Source: Lama glama (lineage: Eukaryota). Taken from it: a stretch of DNA of 64,000 nt. The position numbers and the translations under genes are program-made. The DNA is taken from positions 34,722,001 to 34,786,000 of the forward strand of contig CM052817.1 in NCBI GenBank assembly GCA_028534125.1. Reading direction: 5' to 3'. Numbering within the stretch: the first letter of the stretch is position 1; each line of letters starts with the position of its first letter. Positions 63,471 through 64,000 of this stretch are shown here, in pieces. The notes under the pieces are model-generated. The model saw nothing but the letters and a program-made list of their open reading frames with translations. It was not told where the DNA came from and made no database searches.

Positions 63471-64000
63471 CCTACAAGACCTACTCTTGGCCCAATAGAA
63501 CCCACTAATCATTTCCTTACATCTCATGTCCACCTCTACTGGCCTGCTCTTGCCTCACCTGAGAGTACTGTCCACCTCCAGAGCATCCTCCAAGGCTGCA
63601 GGAGACTAAGGTTCTCTTGTGAGAAGGGTCTCCTCAGCTTCATAGCACTATTCAAATCCTCTCATATCCCTTCTCCTCTTTAGGGAGATCTGTCACGTGA
63701 TTATGCCCACCATGACCCTGATGAACTCAAGAGGGTGAAGCTTCAAGGACACCCAGGCCCTCTTAGACAGGAAAACCACACAAGCCTAAATCTTCCATTT
63801 GCATCAAGAGGGCTGGAAGGGTTTTACCACCACACACCTCTGTGGCTGGGATGTTTGTGACAGTTTGCCTCTCAGGATCTCCTCCAGTTTCCTATGAGCA
63901 CTGGAGCCCTGCCGTAAACAGATCAGTTCACTGGAGCCCTAATTCCCACATCCAGAAAGTGACAGCCCTATTTCTCAAGACTACATTGTGCAAAGGAATA

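Overview
Mammalian, AT-rich, repeat-dense non-coding DNA, most likely from a camelid (alpaca, llama or camel). Four copies of a tRNA-derived SINE of the camelid Vic-1 type and cetartiodactyl-type L1 3' ends support this. I recognise no protein-coding gene. The ORF track consists of decayed L1 ORF2 pieces, antisense repeat translations and chance ORFs. The window is a mosaic of L1 copies of several ages, Vic-1, MIR, L2, a CR1/L3 remnant, DNA-transposon fossils (MER5, MER47/Tigger5, MER2, a Tigger-like MITE, MER112-like, Zaphod/MER115-like), solo LTRs (LTR33, MLT1, an ERV1-like LTR), microsatellites, and a 500-N gap that cuts off a young CpG-rich L1 5'UTR. Repeat family names come from recall of consensus sequences, not from a search, and boundaries of old elements are approximate. 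The most notable observations concern retrotransposition: a ~190 bp polyadenylated LTR-like RNA copy with its own target-site duplication (TSD) inside an L1, a SINE inserted into an L1's TSD, a candidate 3' transduction, an internally deleted L1, and repeated microsatellite birth at one L1 position. There are also several unproven minus-strand exon candidates and motif clusters. I found no convincing novel biological system.
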